From IMG/VR virus record IMGVR_UViG_3300022752_000013: 64,000 nucleotides of DNA, one strand, 5' to 3'. The stretch is from a virus. Lineage: Duplodnaviria > Caudoviricetes. The notes under the pieces are model-generated. The model was not told the origin of the DNA. It saw only the letters and a program-made list of their open reading frames with translations, and made no database searches. Positions 44,659 to 54,730 of this stretch are shown here, piece by piece; position 1 is the stretch's first letter; every line of letters starts with the position of its first letter. The position numbers were made by a program, and so were the translations under genes.

Positions 44659-46620
44659 ATGACTCAAGAAGTAATCGATATAGGGACTGCGCCAAATGAC
44701 GGCTTGGGCGACCCACTGCGCGAGGCATTTGCCAAAACCAATAACAATTTCAGTCAACTTTTTGCCACCAGTGGTGTAAGTGGTATTTCCAATGGTTCTA
44801 GCAATGTAAATATTCCTCTAGTCAATGGAAATGTGGTTATTTCCTCAGCCGGCACTGCCAATGTGCTCACAGTCACTGGTACCGGCGTTAATGTAGCAGG
44901 AACCCTAAATTCGTCAGGACTGGCCACTCTCGGCAATCTCAGCGTGACTGGTACTGTGATCAGTACCGGAACAATTCAAGGTCTTGGCGCTGTGACTGCG
45001 GTCACGGTGACAGCATCGGGCAATAGTTCAGCCAACAACGCAATAGTCAGCAACTTGTTGACTGCGGGTCAACTGAGTTTGACCGGTAATATTGTGTCAG
45101 CCACAGTGACAGGTAACATTGTGGGCAGTAATATTGCAACCAGTGGGCTGGTGACGGCAACTGGCAATATCACAGGTGGTAACGTGATAACTGCTGGACA
45201 AGTCAGTGCTGTGGGCAATATCACTGCGGCATTCTTCACAGGTAACGGTGCAGGTTTAACTGGTGTTGTTGCATCGGGCAACGTGGGTGCGGCAAGCAAA
45301 TTGCTCAATGGCACCAGTGAAATGAATATTCCTGCCTCAGGCGGAAACATCGTTGGTAACGTGGCCGGTGTGACCAACGTCTTTACATTGACCACTGCAG
45401 GTTTGATCATTGCTGGTGTTGTGAGTGCAAGTGGCAATGTAACCAGTGGCAACTTGTTAACTGCGGGTTTGATAAGTTCTACAGGTACTGTTACCGGTTC
45501 AAGTTTATTGGGTTCAGTTGTATCTGTAACTGCCAACGTAACTGGTGGCAACTTGTTAACTGCGGGTTTGATAAGTTCTACAGGTACTGTTACTGGTTCA
45601 AGTTTATTGGGTTCAGTTGTATCTGTAACTGCCAACGTAACTGGTGGTAACATCACAACAGGTGGGCTGGTATCTGCGTCTGGTAACGTCGCAGCCACAT
45701 ATTTCTTGGGCAATGGCGCTTTACTAACTGGTGTGATCACTTCAGTTGCTAATATCAATTCAGGCACAAGTAATGTTGTTATTGTGAGTTCAGGTGGCAA
45801 CGTTGCAGTTGGAGTTGGCGGGACATCAAATGTGGCTGTGTTTGCTACATCAGGAGAATATGTAACAGGCGTAGTAAGTGCGTCAGGCAACATCACGGGT
45901 GGTAACTTGATCACAGGTGGCCAAGTATCAGCCGCTGCCAACATCACTGGTGGTAATATTTTAACAGGTGGCTTGATTAGTTCTGCTGGTAACATTACAT
46001 CAATTGGACTTACCACAATCGGTGCTGGTGGAGCAATTTCAGGCACAGGCAATATCACTGCTGGTAATTTCTTAACCAGCGGATTGATCACAGCCACCGG
46101 TAACATCACTGGCGGCAACTTGACTGTGGGCACTGGCAATGTAACTGCAGGCAACATTGTAAACGCCAATGGCAATGCTGTGGGCAACATTGGATCATCC
46201 AGTAATTATTTCAATCAGGTGTTTGCTCAAGCAACCACAGCATTGTATGCTGACTTGGCCGAGGTATATTCAGCAGATGCTAAATATTCTGCAGGTACTG
46301 TGGTTGTATTTGGTGGCACCCAAGAAGTGACCGTAAGTACCGTAGATTCCAGTCGCAGAGTGGCTGGGATAATATCCGAGAAACCCAGTTACCTAATGAA
46401 CTCCGGACTTGAAGCAGAACATTGTGCTGTGGTAGCACTGACTGGTCGAGTGCCCACTCAGGTAATTGGTCCAGTGGTCAAAGGCGACATGATGGTTTCA
46501 ACCAGTAGTGGTCGGGCCCGTGCAGAAGCCGAACCAATGTCGGGCGCTGTTATTGGCAAGGCCTTGGAAGATTTTGACGGCGTAGAAGGCACAATTGAAA
46601 TTGTGGTAGGAAGACTGTAA
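44659..46620 (+). CDS. tail fibre/baseplate protein with gp9/gp10-like N-terminus, Gly/Asn/Thr repeats and conserved C-terminal (peptidase G2-like) domain
   Basis: IDIGTAPNDGLGDPLREAF..NNNF; many (T/S)GN(I/V)TGGN units; DLAEVY..VALTGRVP; TAAATA at 44634-44639. Confidence 0.8.
   Translation: MTQEVIDIGTAPNDGLGDPLREAFAKTNNNFSQLFATSGVSGISNGSSNVNIPLVNGNVVISSAGTANVLTVTGTGVNVAGTLNSSGLATLGNLSVTGTVISTGTIQGLGAVTAVTVTASGNSSANNAIVSNLLTAGQLSLTGNIVSATVTGNIVGSNIATSGLVTATGNITGGNVITAGQVSAVGNITAAFFTGNGAGLTGVVASGNVGAASKLLNGTSEMNIPASGGNIVGNVAGVTNVFTLTTAGLIIAGVVSASGNVTSGNLLTAGLISSTGTVTGSSLLGSVVSVTANVTGGNLLTAGLISSTGTVTGSSLLGSVVSVTANVTGGNITTGGLVSASGNVAATYFLGNGALLTGVITSVANINSGTSNVVIVSSGGNVAVGVGGTSNVAVFATSGEYVTGVVSASGNITGGNLITGGQVSAAANITGGNILTGGLISSAGNITSIGLTTIGAGGAISGTGNITAGNFLTSGLITATGNITGGNLTVGTGNVTAGNIVNANGNAVGNIGSSSNYFNQVFAQATTALYADLAEVYSADAKYSAGTVVVFGGTQEVTVSTVDSSRRVAGIISEKPSYLMNSGLEAEHCAVVALTGRVPTQVIGPVVKGDMMVSTSSGRARAEAEPMSGAVIGKALEDFDGVEGTIEIVVGRL
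45448..45645 (+). repeat. 99-bp tandem duplication (2 copies, 1 mismatch)
   Basis: 45448-45546 vs 45547-45645; encodes GNLLTAGLISSTGTVTGSSLLGSVVSVTANVTG twice. Confidence 0.9.
46207..46259 (+). repeat. 53-bp exact repeat shared by both fibre genes (copy 1)
   Basis: TATTTCAATCAGGTG...GACTTGGC is identical to 48589-48641. Confidence 0.85.
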
Positions 46621-46630
46621 GGAAAATATT

Positions 46631-46771
46631 ATGAGTTTATCAATTGGATCAGGATGGCAAATAGGATCTGGGTGGGTACTTCAAGGAGGCACACCCAGCG
46701 GTAGTTATATTACCACTATAAGTGGACTTTATATTACCACGCTCGCGGGCGACAAATTTATTACAATTTAA
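46631..46771 (+). CDS. small fibre-associated protein (46 aa; not in ORF track)
   Basis: MSLSIGSGWQIGSGWVLQGGTPSGSYITTISGLYITTLAGDKFITI; RBS AAGGA. Confidence 0.7.
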   Translation: MSLSIGSGWQIGSGWVLQGGTPSGSYITTISGLYITTLAGDKFITI

Positions 46772-46782
46772 GGAAATAGAAA

Positions 46783-49002
46783 ATGGCAGATACAACCATA
46801 TCGGGATTAACCAATACCAACACCATCGATGGTGCTACAGTAGTCCCTGCTGACTACAGCGGCGCAACTTACAAGGTAACAGCAAACACTCTAGGAAGTT
46901 TTATAACAACCAATGCGGTGACTGTGACTGCTACTGGCAATATCACCGGTGGTAATTTGCTCACAGGTGGACTGATCAGTGCCACTGCCAACGTGACTGG
47001 TGGTAATATAAGAACTGGCGGATTGATTAGTGCTACTGCCAACATCACCGGCGGTAATTTGCTCACAGGTGGATTGATTAGTGCTACAGGCAATATTACA
47101 GGTGCTTACATTGTGGGCAATGGGTCATTATTGACTTCAATTCCAGCAGGTAATATCACTGGACAAGTTGCCAATGCATTGGCTGCTGGCACAGTGTATA
47201 CCAACGCACAACCAAACATTACTAGTGTTGGTTCTTTAACTTCACTCACAGTTAGTGGCAACACACAGTCAGGTAATTTACTGACTGGAGGCTTAGTATC
47301 AGCCTCGGGCAATGTGACTGGTAACTATATTTTTGGTAATGGCGCTTGCTTAACAGGCGTTATCACTTCGGTCGCTAATATCAATTCAGGCACATCAAAC
47401 GTCACAGTGGTAAGTTCAGGCGGCAACATCAGTGTTGGTGTAGGCGGAACATCGAATGTAGCAGTATTTGCCACCACAGGCGAGTATGTAACAGGTATAG
47501 TCAGTGCCAGTGGCAACATCATATCATCAGGCAACGTGTCAGGTGGTAACTTGTCAACAGGTGGCCAAATAAGTGCCAGCGGTAACATAAACACATCTGG
47601 ATATTTTGTGGGTAACTTTGCCGGCAATATTTCTGGTAACCTAACAGTTCCTGGGTCAAACACACAGGTACTCTTTAACTCTAATGGTAATGCAGGTGCC
47701 GCCTCCGGATTGACTTTTGCGTCAGATACTAATTTATTGAGTGTCACCGGCAATGTCTTGGCCAACAATGGCATGTTTACCAACGTTGTGAACGTGGCCA
47801 GTCATACAGGTGCCGTGGTGAGTGTCACAGGCAACGTCACAGCCAACAATGGCATGTTTACCAACGTTGTGAACGTGGCCAGTTTCACTGGTGGTCTTGT
47901 TTCTGTTACAGGTAACGTCACAGCCAACAACGGCATATTCACTAACATTGTGAACGTGGCCAGTTTCACTGGTGCCGTAGTATCAGTAAGTGGTAACGTA
48001 ACTGGTGGCAACATCTTGACCGGTGGGCTAATAAGTTCAACCAGTACCATAACCGGCACAAGTTTCTTGGGTGCAGTAGTATCTACAACTGGCAACATTA
48101 CCGGTGGAAACGTCACTCTAGATACAGGCACAGGCAATTTATATGCACACGATGCATCTTTTGGTGGAGTCGTAAGTGCCACTGGCAACATATCTGGTAG
48201 TTACATCCTGGGTAATGGTGCTTTGTTAAGCGGAGTTATCACTTCAGTTGCTAATATCAATTTGGGTAATAGTAATGTTACTGTGGTCAGTTCTGGCGGC
48301 AACGTTGCAGTTGGAGTTGGCGGAACATCGAACGTAACTGTGTTTGCTACTTCAGGTGCATACGTAACTGGTATAGTAAGTGCATCGGGTAACATCACAG
48401 GCGGTAATATTGTTACGTCCGGTGCCGGCGGAGCAATTTCAGGCTCGGGTAATATCACAGCCGGTAATTTCTTAACAGGTGGACTGATCAGCGCCACTGG
48501 TGCTATCACAATCAATAGTGGTAATGCTGCCACTGCCATTATAAATGGTGCCGGCAATGCAGTGGGCAATATCGGATCATCCAGCAAGTATTTCAATCAG
48601 GTGTTTGCTCAAGCAACCACAGCATTGTATGCTGACTTGGCTGAGGTATACTCAGCAGATGCTGAGTACGCTCCTGGTACTGTGGTGAGTTTTGGCGGCG
48701 ATCAAGAAGTTACAAAATCTATCACACCCAGCGACCCAAGAGTGGCTGGTGTAATATCAGAGAAGCCCAGTTACTTGATGAACTCAGGACTTGATGCTGA
48801 GCACCGTGCCGCAGTGGCTCTAACCGGGCGTGTGCCAACCCTGGTTATTGGTCCGGTGCGCAAAGGCGACATGATGGTATCTGCTGGCAATGGATGGGCA
48901 CAAGCCTGTACAACACCAGCAATGGGAACCGTGATTGGTAAAGCACTTGTAAACTTTAATGGTGATTCAGGAATAATTGAAATAGTTGTAGGAAGAATGT
49001 AA
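46783..49002 (+). CDS. second tail fibre-like protein with Gly/Asn/Thr repeats and the same C-terminal domain
   Basis: MADTTISGL N-terminus; repeats; DLAEVY..VALTGRVP. Confidence 0.8.
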   Translation: MADTTISGLTNTNTIDGATVVPADYSGATYKVTANTLGSFITTNAVTVTATGNITGGNLLTGGLISATANVTGGNIRTGGLISATANITGGNLLTGGLISATGNITGAYIVGNGSLLTSIPAGNITGQVANALAAGTVYTNAQPNITSVGSLTSLTVSGNTQSGNLLTGGLVSASGNVTGNYIFGNGACLTGVITSVANINSGTSNVTVVSSGGNISVGVGGTSNVAVFATTGEYVTGIVSASGNIISSGNVSGGNLSTGGQISASGNINTSGYFVGNFAGNISGNLTVPGSNTQVLFNSNGNAGAASGLTFASDTNLLSVTGNVLANNGMFTNVVNVASHTGAVVSVTGNVTANNGMFTNVVNVASFTGGLVSVTGNVTANNGIFTNIVNVASFTGAVVSVSGNVTGGNILTGGLISSTSTITGTSFLGAVVSTTGNITGGNVTLDTGTGNLYAHDASFGGVVSATGNISGSYILGNGALLSGVITSVANINLGNSNVTVVSSGGNVAVGVGGTSNVTVFATSGAYVTGIVSASGNITGGNIVTSGAGGAISGSGNITAGNFLTGGLISATGAITINSGNAATAIINGAGNAVGNIGSSSKYFNQVFAQATTALYADLAEVYSADAEYAPGTVVSFGGDQEVTKSITPSDPRVAGVISEKPSYLMNSGLDAEHRAAVALTGRVPTLVIGPVRKGDMMVSAGNGWAQACTTPAMGTVIGKALVNFNGDSGIIEIVVGRM
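47749..47991 (+). repeat. 81-bp tandem repeat (3 copies)
   Basis: Units start at 47749, 47830 and 47911; consensus GNVTANNGMFTNVVNVASFTGxxVSVT. Confidence 0.85.
48589..48641 (+). repeat. 53-bp exact repeat (copy 2)
   Basis: Identical to 46207-46259. Confidence 0.85.
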
Positions 49003-51611
49003 TGGCACAGCCACAGTGGCAAACTGCCGCAGGCCACTTGGGTACCATACCCGAAGGTGAGTTCTACCAAATTCAATTGGTAGCAACAGATCCTGCTGAT
49101 CCGTTTGATCCTACCGCAGTGACCTATAGAGCAATTGCAGGTGCTTTGCCCTTAGGTATACAATGTACCACAAGTGGCCTATTAAAAGGTATACCTTATG
49201 TTATCAACGGTATAAACAATGTTGACAGTCGATTTGTGATTAGAGCAAGTAGCAACTCAATTCCGCCACGTTTTGCCGATAGAACATTTGATTTTACTGT
49301 GCTGTCACAGGTGCCTCCGGTATTTGTAACTCCAGCAGGCAATGTGGGTACATTCTACGACGGCGCACCTATTGCTCCCATTCAAATTGAAATATCCGAT
49401 CCCAATCCTGGAGACAATGTTGTGATATCATTGGCTGCCGGTACATTACCTCCAGGACTAAGTTTAAGCCCAACCGGTTTGATCACAGGATACATTGTGC
49501 CATTGGTTCCTGTTGAACAAACCCCAGGGTTTGATGCCACACCTTTTGATCAATACCCATTTGATTTTGCTACCAATAGTCTCAATACCAACTATCAATT
49601 TACACTGGAACTCAATGATGGTAGAGAAACAAACATACGCACATTTGAGATTTATGTTTATAGCCGTAGTTCATTAACGGCTGACACAATAGATATCACA
49701 GCAGACAACACTTTTGTCACTGCCGATGAAACCAATGTATATCTACCATTCTTGGTCAACTCTGAGCCCAGCGACTTGGGACAAGTTCGTAGTGACAATT
49801 TCTGGGCCTATCAGTTTATTGGCCTAGACTTCGATAGCGATGCTATTGAATATTTAGAATATCAAACTGATGGATCCACAAGTGCATTGCCGCCTGGTAC
49901 CACTCTTGATCTGCAAACCGGTTGGTTATATGGTTACCTGCCCTATCAAGGTGCCACAGAAAATATCTACAATTTCGAAATCTATGTAAGAAAAGCCGCT
50001 TACCCACAATATCGCAGTGAAAATTATACGTTCTCACTGACTCTGGTTGGACAAGTCAACACCGATGTTACCTGGTTGACCGCCGCCGATCTTGGCACTA
50101 TCATCAATGGCAGCACCAGTACATTATATGTGGCAGCAGTCAATACCTTGGGTGGGCGACTTTTGCAGTATCGTCTCATGCCAGGATCATATCCCTCCCC
50201 TAACATTGGTGTGTACAACAAGTTGCCACAAGGCCTACAGTTGTTGTCATCAGGAGACATTGCAGGACGTGTGAGTTTCAACACCTTTGCTGTGGATCTT
50301 GGAACCACAACATTTGACCAAGGCACCACAACATTTGATTCCGTATACACATTCACAGTAAACGCCTACAGTCAAGATGGCTTGATCAGTGTGTTTAAAA
50401 CGTTCTCCATAACTGTGTTACGAGAGTACAACGAACCCTACGAAAATCTCTACATCAAATGCATGCCCCCACAAGCAGACAGAGATTTGATCAATCAGTT
50501 GATTCAGAATCAAGATATTATTCCAGTTGATCTGGTGTATCGTATTGATGATCCCAACTTTGGCATTGCCAAGAATGTGATATATGAACATGCCTATGGA
50601 CTTACTGCGGCCACCTACGAAGCCTATGTCAGTAGTTTGGTAATCAATCACTACTGGAAAAATCTTGTGCTGGGGTCAATTCAAACAGCACGGGCACTTG
50701 ATGATGCAGGCAATGTATTGTATGAAGTGGTGTATAGCAGTATCATTGATGATCTAGTGAACAATTCAGGACAAAGCGTGAGCAAGAGTGTGACCTTGCC
50801 CTATCCAATCAATCAATTTGACTCTACAGAAATTGCCACAGTGTATCCCAATAGCCTGATCAACATGCGAGACCAAGTGATTGATACCGTGGGACAAATT
50901 TCAAAACTGTTGCCACGTTGGATGTTGAGCAAACAGGCAAACGGGCGAGTACTGGGCTTTACTCCTGCCTGGGTAATTTGTTATTGCATGCCCGGTAAGT
51001 CTGGACAAGTGGCCTACAACATAGCCCAGCAGTATGGAGATCAACTGAACCGGGTAGACTTCAAAGTTGATCGCTATGAACTGGATCGATTGTTGACCAA
51101 GAATTGGAACCCAACTGTTCAACGATGGGTCAGTTCTCAACCTCCTTTTGTGCCAAATTCAACCACATTTGATTTGCTCTTGCACTACCAGGTCACTGCC
51201 ATTGGAGGCGGTGGCGGAACTGGATATCGTGGTATTGAGCGTAGTACAACCGGAATAATTGTTTATCCCGGTGATGAAATTTTAATTTTAGGATCCCAAG
51301 TTGGGGGAGATGATGGCATCAATGACATCACAATTAGAGTGCAAGATGTGGGCAATACTGGGAACATAACCTTGGTAACCTTGCAAGGTCAAGCACCACG
51401 TTTCTCTAGCGGTGACACTTATACCGGTATTTCAGGAACTGATATTACTGGATCGGGCACAGGAGCCACGTTTAACTTTGTGGTAGCCAGCGGTGAAATA
51501 ACCACATTTGATGCTTCAAGTATGAGATTTGAAGCACCAGTAGATATGTACTCCAGCACAGACGTTTACGATAAATATCTTGTGTTTCCCAGACGGAATA
51601 TATTAGTGTAA
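49002..51611 (+). CDS. baseplate wedge-like structural protein with Ig-like (He_PIG) domains
   Basis: Repeated GxLPxGLxL..xGxIxG units; TTFD repeats. Confidence 0.7.
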   Translation: MAQPQWQTAAGHLGTIPEGEFYQIQLVATDPADPFDPTAVTYRAIAGALPLGIQCTTSGLLKGIPYVINGINNVDSRFVIRASSNSIPPRFADRTFDFTVLSQVPPVFVTPAGNVGTFYDGAPIAPIQIEISDPNPGDNVVISLAAGTLPPGLSLSPTGLITGYIVPLVPVEQTPGFDATPFDQYPFDFATNSLNTNYQFTLELNDGRETNIRTFEIYVYSRSSLTADTIDITADNTFVTADETNVYLPFLVNSEPSDLGQVRSDNFWAYQFIGLDFDSDAIEYLEYQTDGSTSALPPGTTLDLQTGWLYGYLPYQGATENIYNFEIYVRKAAYPQYRSENYTFSLTLVGQVNTDVTWLTAADLGTIINGSTSTLYVAAVNTLGGRLLQYRLMPGSYPSPNIGVYNKLPQGLQLLSSGDIAGRVSFNTFAVDLGTTTFDQGTTTFDSVYTFTVNAYSQDGLISVFKTFSITVLREYNEPYENLYIKCMPPQADRDLINQLIQNQDIIPVDLVYRIDDPNFGIAKNVIYEHAYGLTAATYEAYVSSLVINHYWKNLVLGSIQTARALDDAGNVLYEVVYSSIIDDLVNNSGQSVSKSVTLPYPINQFDSTEIATVYPNSLINMRDQVIDTVGQISKLLPRWMLSKQANGRVLGFTPAWVICYCMPGKSGQVAYNIAQQYGDQLNRVDFKVDRYELDRLLTKNWNPTVQRWVSSQPPFVPNSTTFDLLLHYQVTAIGGGGGTGYRGIERSTTGIIVYPGDEILILGSQVGGDDGINDITIRVQDVGNTGNITLVTLQGQAPRFSSGDTYTGISGTDITGSGTGATFNFVVASGEITTFDASSMRFEAPVDMYSSTDVYDKYLVFPRRNILV

Positions 51612-51623
51612 CAAGGAAAAAAA

Positions 51624-52505
51624 ATGACCAGCCAAATTAACCCAAACGACATTGACGGCGCTTATCCAGTAGCCGGGCAAGACAACGACAGCCAAGGCTT
51701 TCGTGACAATTTTACCAATACCTCAACCAACTTTCAATATGCAGCCGATGAAATTACTGATCTGCAAAATAATGCTGTGCTGAAAGCCGCGTTGACCGGA
51801 ACCACTTTGGACAACAACATGAACGGGAGTTTGTTGTACAACTTTGAGGCTAGTCAAGTTGCTGGAGCGGTCAATCCGTTGGGTACCACATCAGGTACAG
51901 TTACACTGGATTGGGACAACGGCTCTTATCAAACTCTAACCACATCGGGTTCAGTCACACTGGGATTTACTAACTTTCCTGCCTCGGGCGTGGCGGCTTC
52001 AATTGTGTTGCGGATCACCGTGGCCAGCACAGCACATACGCTAACACTGCCAGCCGCTGTGTCTATTGGTACTGCAAACTTGCAAGGTTATGCCTCAAAC
52101 ATAATCACCTTCAGTACTACAGGAACCTTCATATTTGAATTTACCACGGTTAATGGTGGTTCCGCAATCAGCATTGTTGATCTTAACCGCAACAGAGATC
52201 CATTGTACTTGCCCAGTTCTGAAGATTTGGCTGCAAGTGCTGCCGCCAGTTTGGGCAAAACTACCAGTTATTTTTCAACTTCTACCTCAGAAACTGCCAC
52301 GCTGGCAGCCGGAGTTGCAGGACAAATCAAAGTGTTTGCCATGTATGCTGATTCTGGAGACATGGTGATCACTGTTTCAAATGCCGGCTGGAAATCAAGC
52401 GGTTCAGGAACAATTACGTTCAATGACATTGGTGATGCTTGTACCTTGATGTACATCAATGCCAAATGGTTTGCCATCGGCGCCAATGGTGTAGCATTTG
52501 CCTAA
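51624..52505 (+). CDS. virion structural (tail/baseplate-associated) protein
   Basis: YPVAGQDNDSQGFRDNF N-terminus; Thr/Ser-rich beta content; within the structural cluster. Confidence 0.65.
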   Translation: MTSQINPNDIDGAYPVAGQDNDSQGFRDNFTNTSTNFQYAADEITDLQNNAVLKAALTGTTLDNNMNGSLLYNFEASQVAGAVNPLGTTSGTVTLDWDNGSYQTLTTSGSVTLGFTNFPASGVAASIVLRITVASTAHTLTLPAAVSIGTANLQGYASNIITFSTTGTFIFEFTTVNGGSAISIVDLNRNRDPLYLPSSEDLAASAAASLGKTTSYFSTSTSETATLAAGVAGQIKVFAMYADSGDMVITVSNAGWKSSGSGTITFNDIGDACTLMYINAKWFAIGANGVAFA

Positions 52506-52511
52506 CAGGTA

Positions 52512-52540
52512 TTGACAGGCCACTGTAATTCCTGTATACT
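52512..52540 (+). promoter_or_regulatory. sigma70-type early promoter
   Basis: TTGACA-17-TATACT. Confidence 0.8.
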
Positions 52541-52558
52541 CTACACACAAGGAGTAAC

Positions 52559-52795
52559 ATGGAACATCCATTCATCAATGATCTAGATGGTTTGACCCTG
52601 GAACAACTGGGGTCGAAAATTTCCGAACTTCATAAAAAATTGGGCATTGCCATGCGGTCTGGTAATCCCTACCTCTGTGATCAAATACGAATGGCCCTGA
52701 GCAGTTACACAACCAAACAACAAGAAAAAACAGCCGAACTTTACCGACCCAAAGACGGGGAAGATCCTTTTAATTCCAAGATTGATATATCATGA
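52559..52795 (+). CDS. hypothetical protein
   Basis: RBS AAGGAG. Confidence 0.75.
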   Translation: MEHPFINDLDGLTLEQLGSKISELHKKLGIAMRSGNPYLCDQIRMALSSYTTKQQEKTAELYRPKDGEDPFNSKIDIS

Positions 52796-53406
52796 ACGTA
52801 AGATTAGAATATGACATGCAATGGCGTGCCGCCATCTGGTTTGAAAACTGTCTACAGATCAACAGTTACAACATAGAATTGGCCATCACAACCAATACTT
52901 CCAACGCAGATGATCATGTGGTCAGTCTGAATAGACTCAATCACTTTGTCTACAACGAAATGGCCAATACTGTGTACATTCATCAAAATGATGTCACGCA
53001 GATCCAAGCACTGACTTCGGCCGGAATCAAAGTAACCACCATGCCTGAACAACCCATTGACCAGATCATTGGTATTGCGTTATACTGCAAACTCAATGCT
53101 ATATTGCAGGAGCGAATGTTTGTGAACGGTGTGACCATACAAAGTGATTTGGGGGATAATGTGCGATACCTGCACAGTGACCGTGAAAGCGCAGGCCCTA
53201 TGGCACAACCGGGCTGGTGGCAGGATCACACACCCGTGCATTCCGATTTCAAATCCTCTGCTAGTAAGAAACATGTGGTCAAACTCAGTAGAACACTGAG
53301 TTGGCAGGATCTTGAACTGGAATGGTCAGATGTAGAACCCACCGACAACACTGGCAACACTGGCAACACCGTGGTATTTGCAAAGTTTGGGCCCGATGAA
53401 AACTGA
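52792..53406 (+). CDS. hypothetical protein
   Basis: 204 aa coupled ORF. Confidence 0.75.
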   Translation: MNVRLEYDMQWRAAIWFENCLQINSYNIELAITTNTSNADDHVVSLNRLNHFVYNEMANTVYIHQNDVTQIQALTSAGIKVTTMPEQPIDQIIGIALYCKLNAILQERMFVNGVTIQSDLGDNVRYLHSDRESAGPMAQPGWWQDHTPVHSDFKSSASKKHVVKLSRTLSWQDLELEWSDVEPTDNTGNTGNTVVFAKFGPDEN

Positions 53407-53905
53407 TAGTGTAGGACAAATTGTACTAGGTGAAGCAGATCTAATCAACTTGGTCATGCAAGGGCGTGATCTCGAAAGTGTGGGCGGCACCCTGGTAGAC
53501 GATTCCGTGGACATAGAAGCCGCGGCCTTTTGGTTGGAGCATGTGCCTGATTTCACACACTGGTCAGAACCGGATGCTCAAGCAGTGTTTGATCACATGC
53601 AACAAAGCACATGGCACATGCCCGAAGAATACCGGACGTTGGACATTGCAGAACATGTGCTGAAACTTTGTGCTACAGAAGCACAACTACAACGCTGTGG
53701 TGCAGAACTGTTACAGTATCAAGAGCGTGGCCTGTTTGATCTTTTGCGTTACTTGAAGTATCTAGTGGACGTTATGAAACAAAATCATGTGATATGGGGC
53801 GTGGGTCGAGGATCTAGTGTGGCCAGTTATGTGTTATACCTGTTGGGCGTACACAGAATTGACAGTTTATACTATGAATTAGATCCTGCAGAGTTCCTGC
53901 GTTAA
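53396..53905 (+). CDS. dnaE: DNA polymerase III alpha (DnaE)-like N-terminal palm fragment
   Basis: WGVGRGSSVASYVLYLLGVHRIDS..L..EFL aligns with DnaE GPGRGS..SLVAY.L.IT..DP..L.FERFL; stops before the PDxDxD motif. Confidence 0.75.
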   Translation: MKTDSVGQIVLGEADLINLVMQGRDLESVGGTLVDDSVDIEAAAFWLEHVPDFTHWSEPDAQAVFDHMQQSTWHMPEEYRTLDIAEHVLKLCATEAQLQRCGAELLQYQERGLFDLLRYLKYLVDVMKQNHVIWGVGRGSSVASYVLYLLGVHRIDSLYYELDPAEFLR

Positions 53906-53927
53906 ATAAAAATCAAGGAGAAAAACA

Positions 53928-54332
53928 ATGACACAAAAAACCTATCGAACTGCACAAGGCAAGATTGTGGACCTGGGTGCCATGATGGTACAAAACGAAA
54001 ATGTTCGTGCTGTGGGCAACATGAAAGCCAACGCACGTGGTGATATTATTGACAATCACGGACATGTTGTGGCCACTCGTGGCCAACAAGTAAACCGAAA
54101 TCTCAATCGTCAAACCAATGCCAACGCAGGACCAATACCCACAAGCAATCGTAATCCAACTCCAGAACCAAAGTTGACTGAAGCAGAACAACTGGAACAG
54201 GATCGCCAGCAACGCCAGGCCAAGCGTGAAGCCATGGAACGTGGGGAAAAGGTAGAACTCAAGGGCGATGCACCCACACAGGGTCTGGCGGCTGCCATGG
54301 CTCGTGCAGAAAAACTCAAGGATCAAGAATGA
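53928..54332 (+). CDS. hypothetical protein
   Basis: RBS AAGGAG; TAAATA at 53903-53908. Confidence 0.75.
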   Translation: MTQKTYRTAQGKIVDLGAMMVQNENVRAVGNMKANARGDIIDNHGHVVATRGQQVNRNLNRQTNANAGPIPTSNRNPTPEPKLTEAEQLEQDRQQRQAKREAMERGEKVELKGDAPTQGLAAAMARAEKLKDQE

Positions 54333-54730
54333 CAAAATTAGCATATCAAGCACATCAGATCACCCGAGATCAACTGCGTCCCTTAAACGACTCAGTTATC
54401 GTGGGAGAAATGACATTTGACCAACGCTTTACCACAGGTGGTATTGTGTTGCTCAACGACAACGGCAAGAGCACAGGTATTCGTCCACGCTGGGGACAGG
54501 TGTATGCTGTGGGTCCAGAACAACATGATGTCCGGGTAGGCGAATGGGTGTGTATTGCACACGGTCGTTGGACACGTGGTATCGATATCGAAGATGAAAA
54601 CGGCAAACAAACACTACGCCGAGTTGACCCCAAAGACATACTGATACAAACAGACGAAGAGCCCAAAGACGAAACTTTTAGCACGGCCATTCATGTGGAA
54701 GCCAAGCCAGACTGGATGCAACACAATTGA
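54329..54730 (+). CDS. groES: GroES-like co-chaperonin (T4 gp31 analogue)
   Basis: LRPLNDSVIV..TTGGIVL..GQVYAVGP..VRVGEWV. Confidence 0.85.
   Translation: MTKLAYQAHQITRDQLRPLNDSVIVGEMTFDQRFTTGGIVLLNDNGKSTGIRPRWGQVYAVGPEQHDVRVGEWVCIAHGRWTRGIDIEDENGKQTLRRVDPKDILIQTDEEPKDETFSTAIHVEAKPDWMQHN

Noticed and set aside
45069-48596. Long antisense ORFs opposite the fibre genes (e.g. 45069-46190, 47325-47783)
   Set aside because: Shadow frames caused by GGN/ACN/AAC-rich repeat codons; no RBS or independent motifs.
44659-49002. Diversity-generating retroelement (TR/VR) acting on the fibre genes
   Set aside because: Differences between the shared tracts are mostly synonymous and not adenine-specific, and no reverse transcriptase is present in the window.
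53342-53369. Short direct repeat ACAACACTGGCAACACTGGCAACAC
   Set aside because: A 9-bp in-frame slippage (NTG NTG NT) in a disordered C-terminus; no evidence of a function.
53396-53905. Split-intein DnaE of the cyanobacterial type
   Set aside because: No Cys-initiated intein N-terminal segment; the ORF ends at AEFLR.
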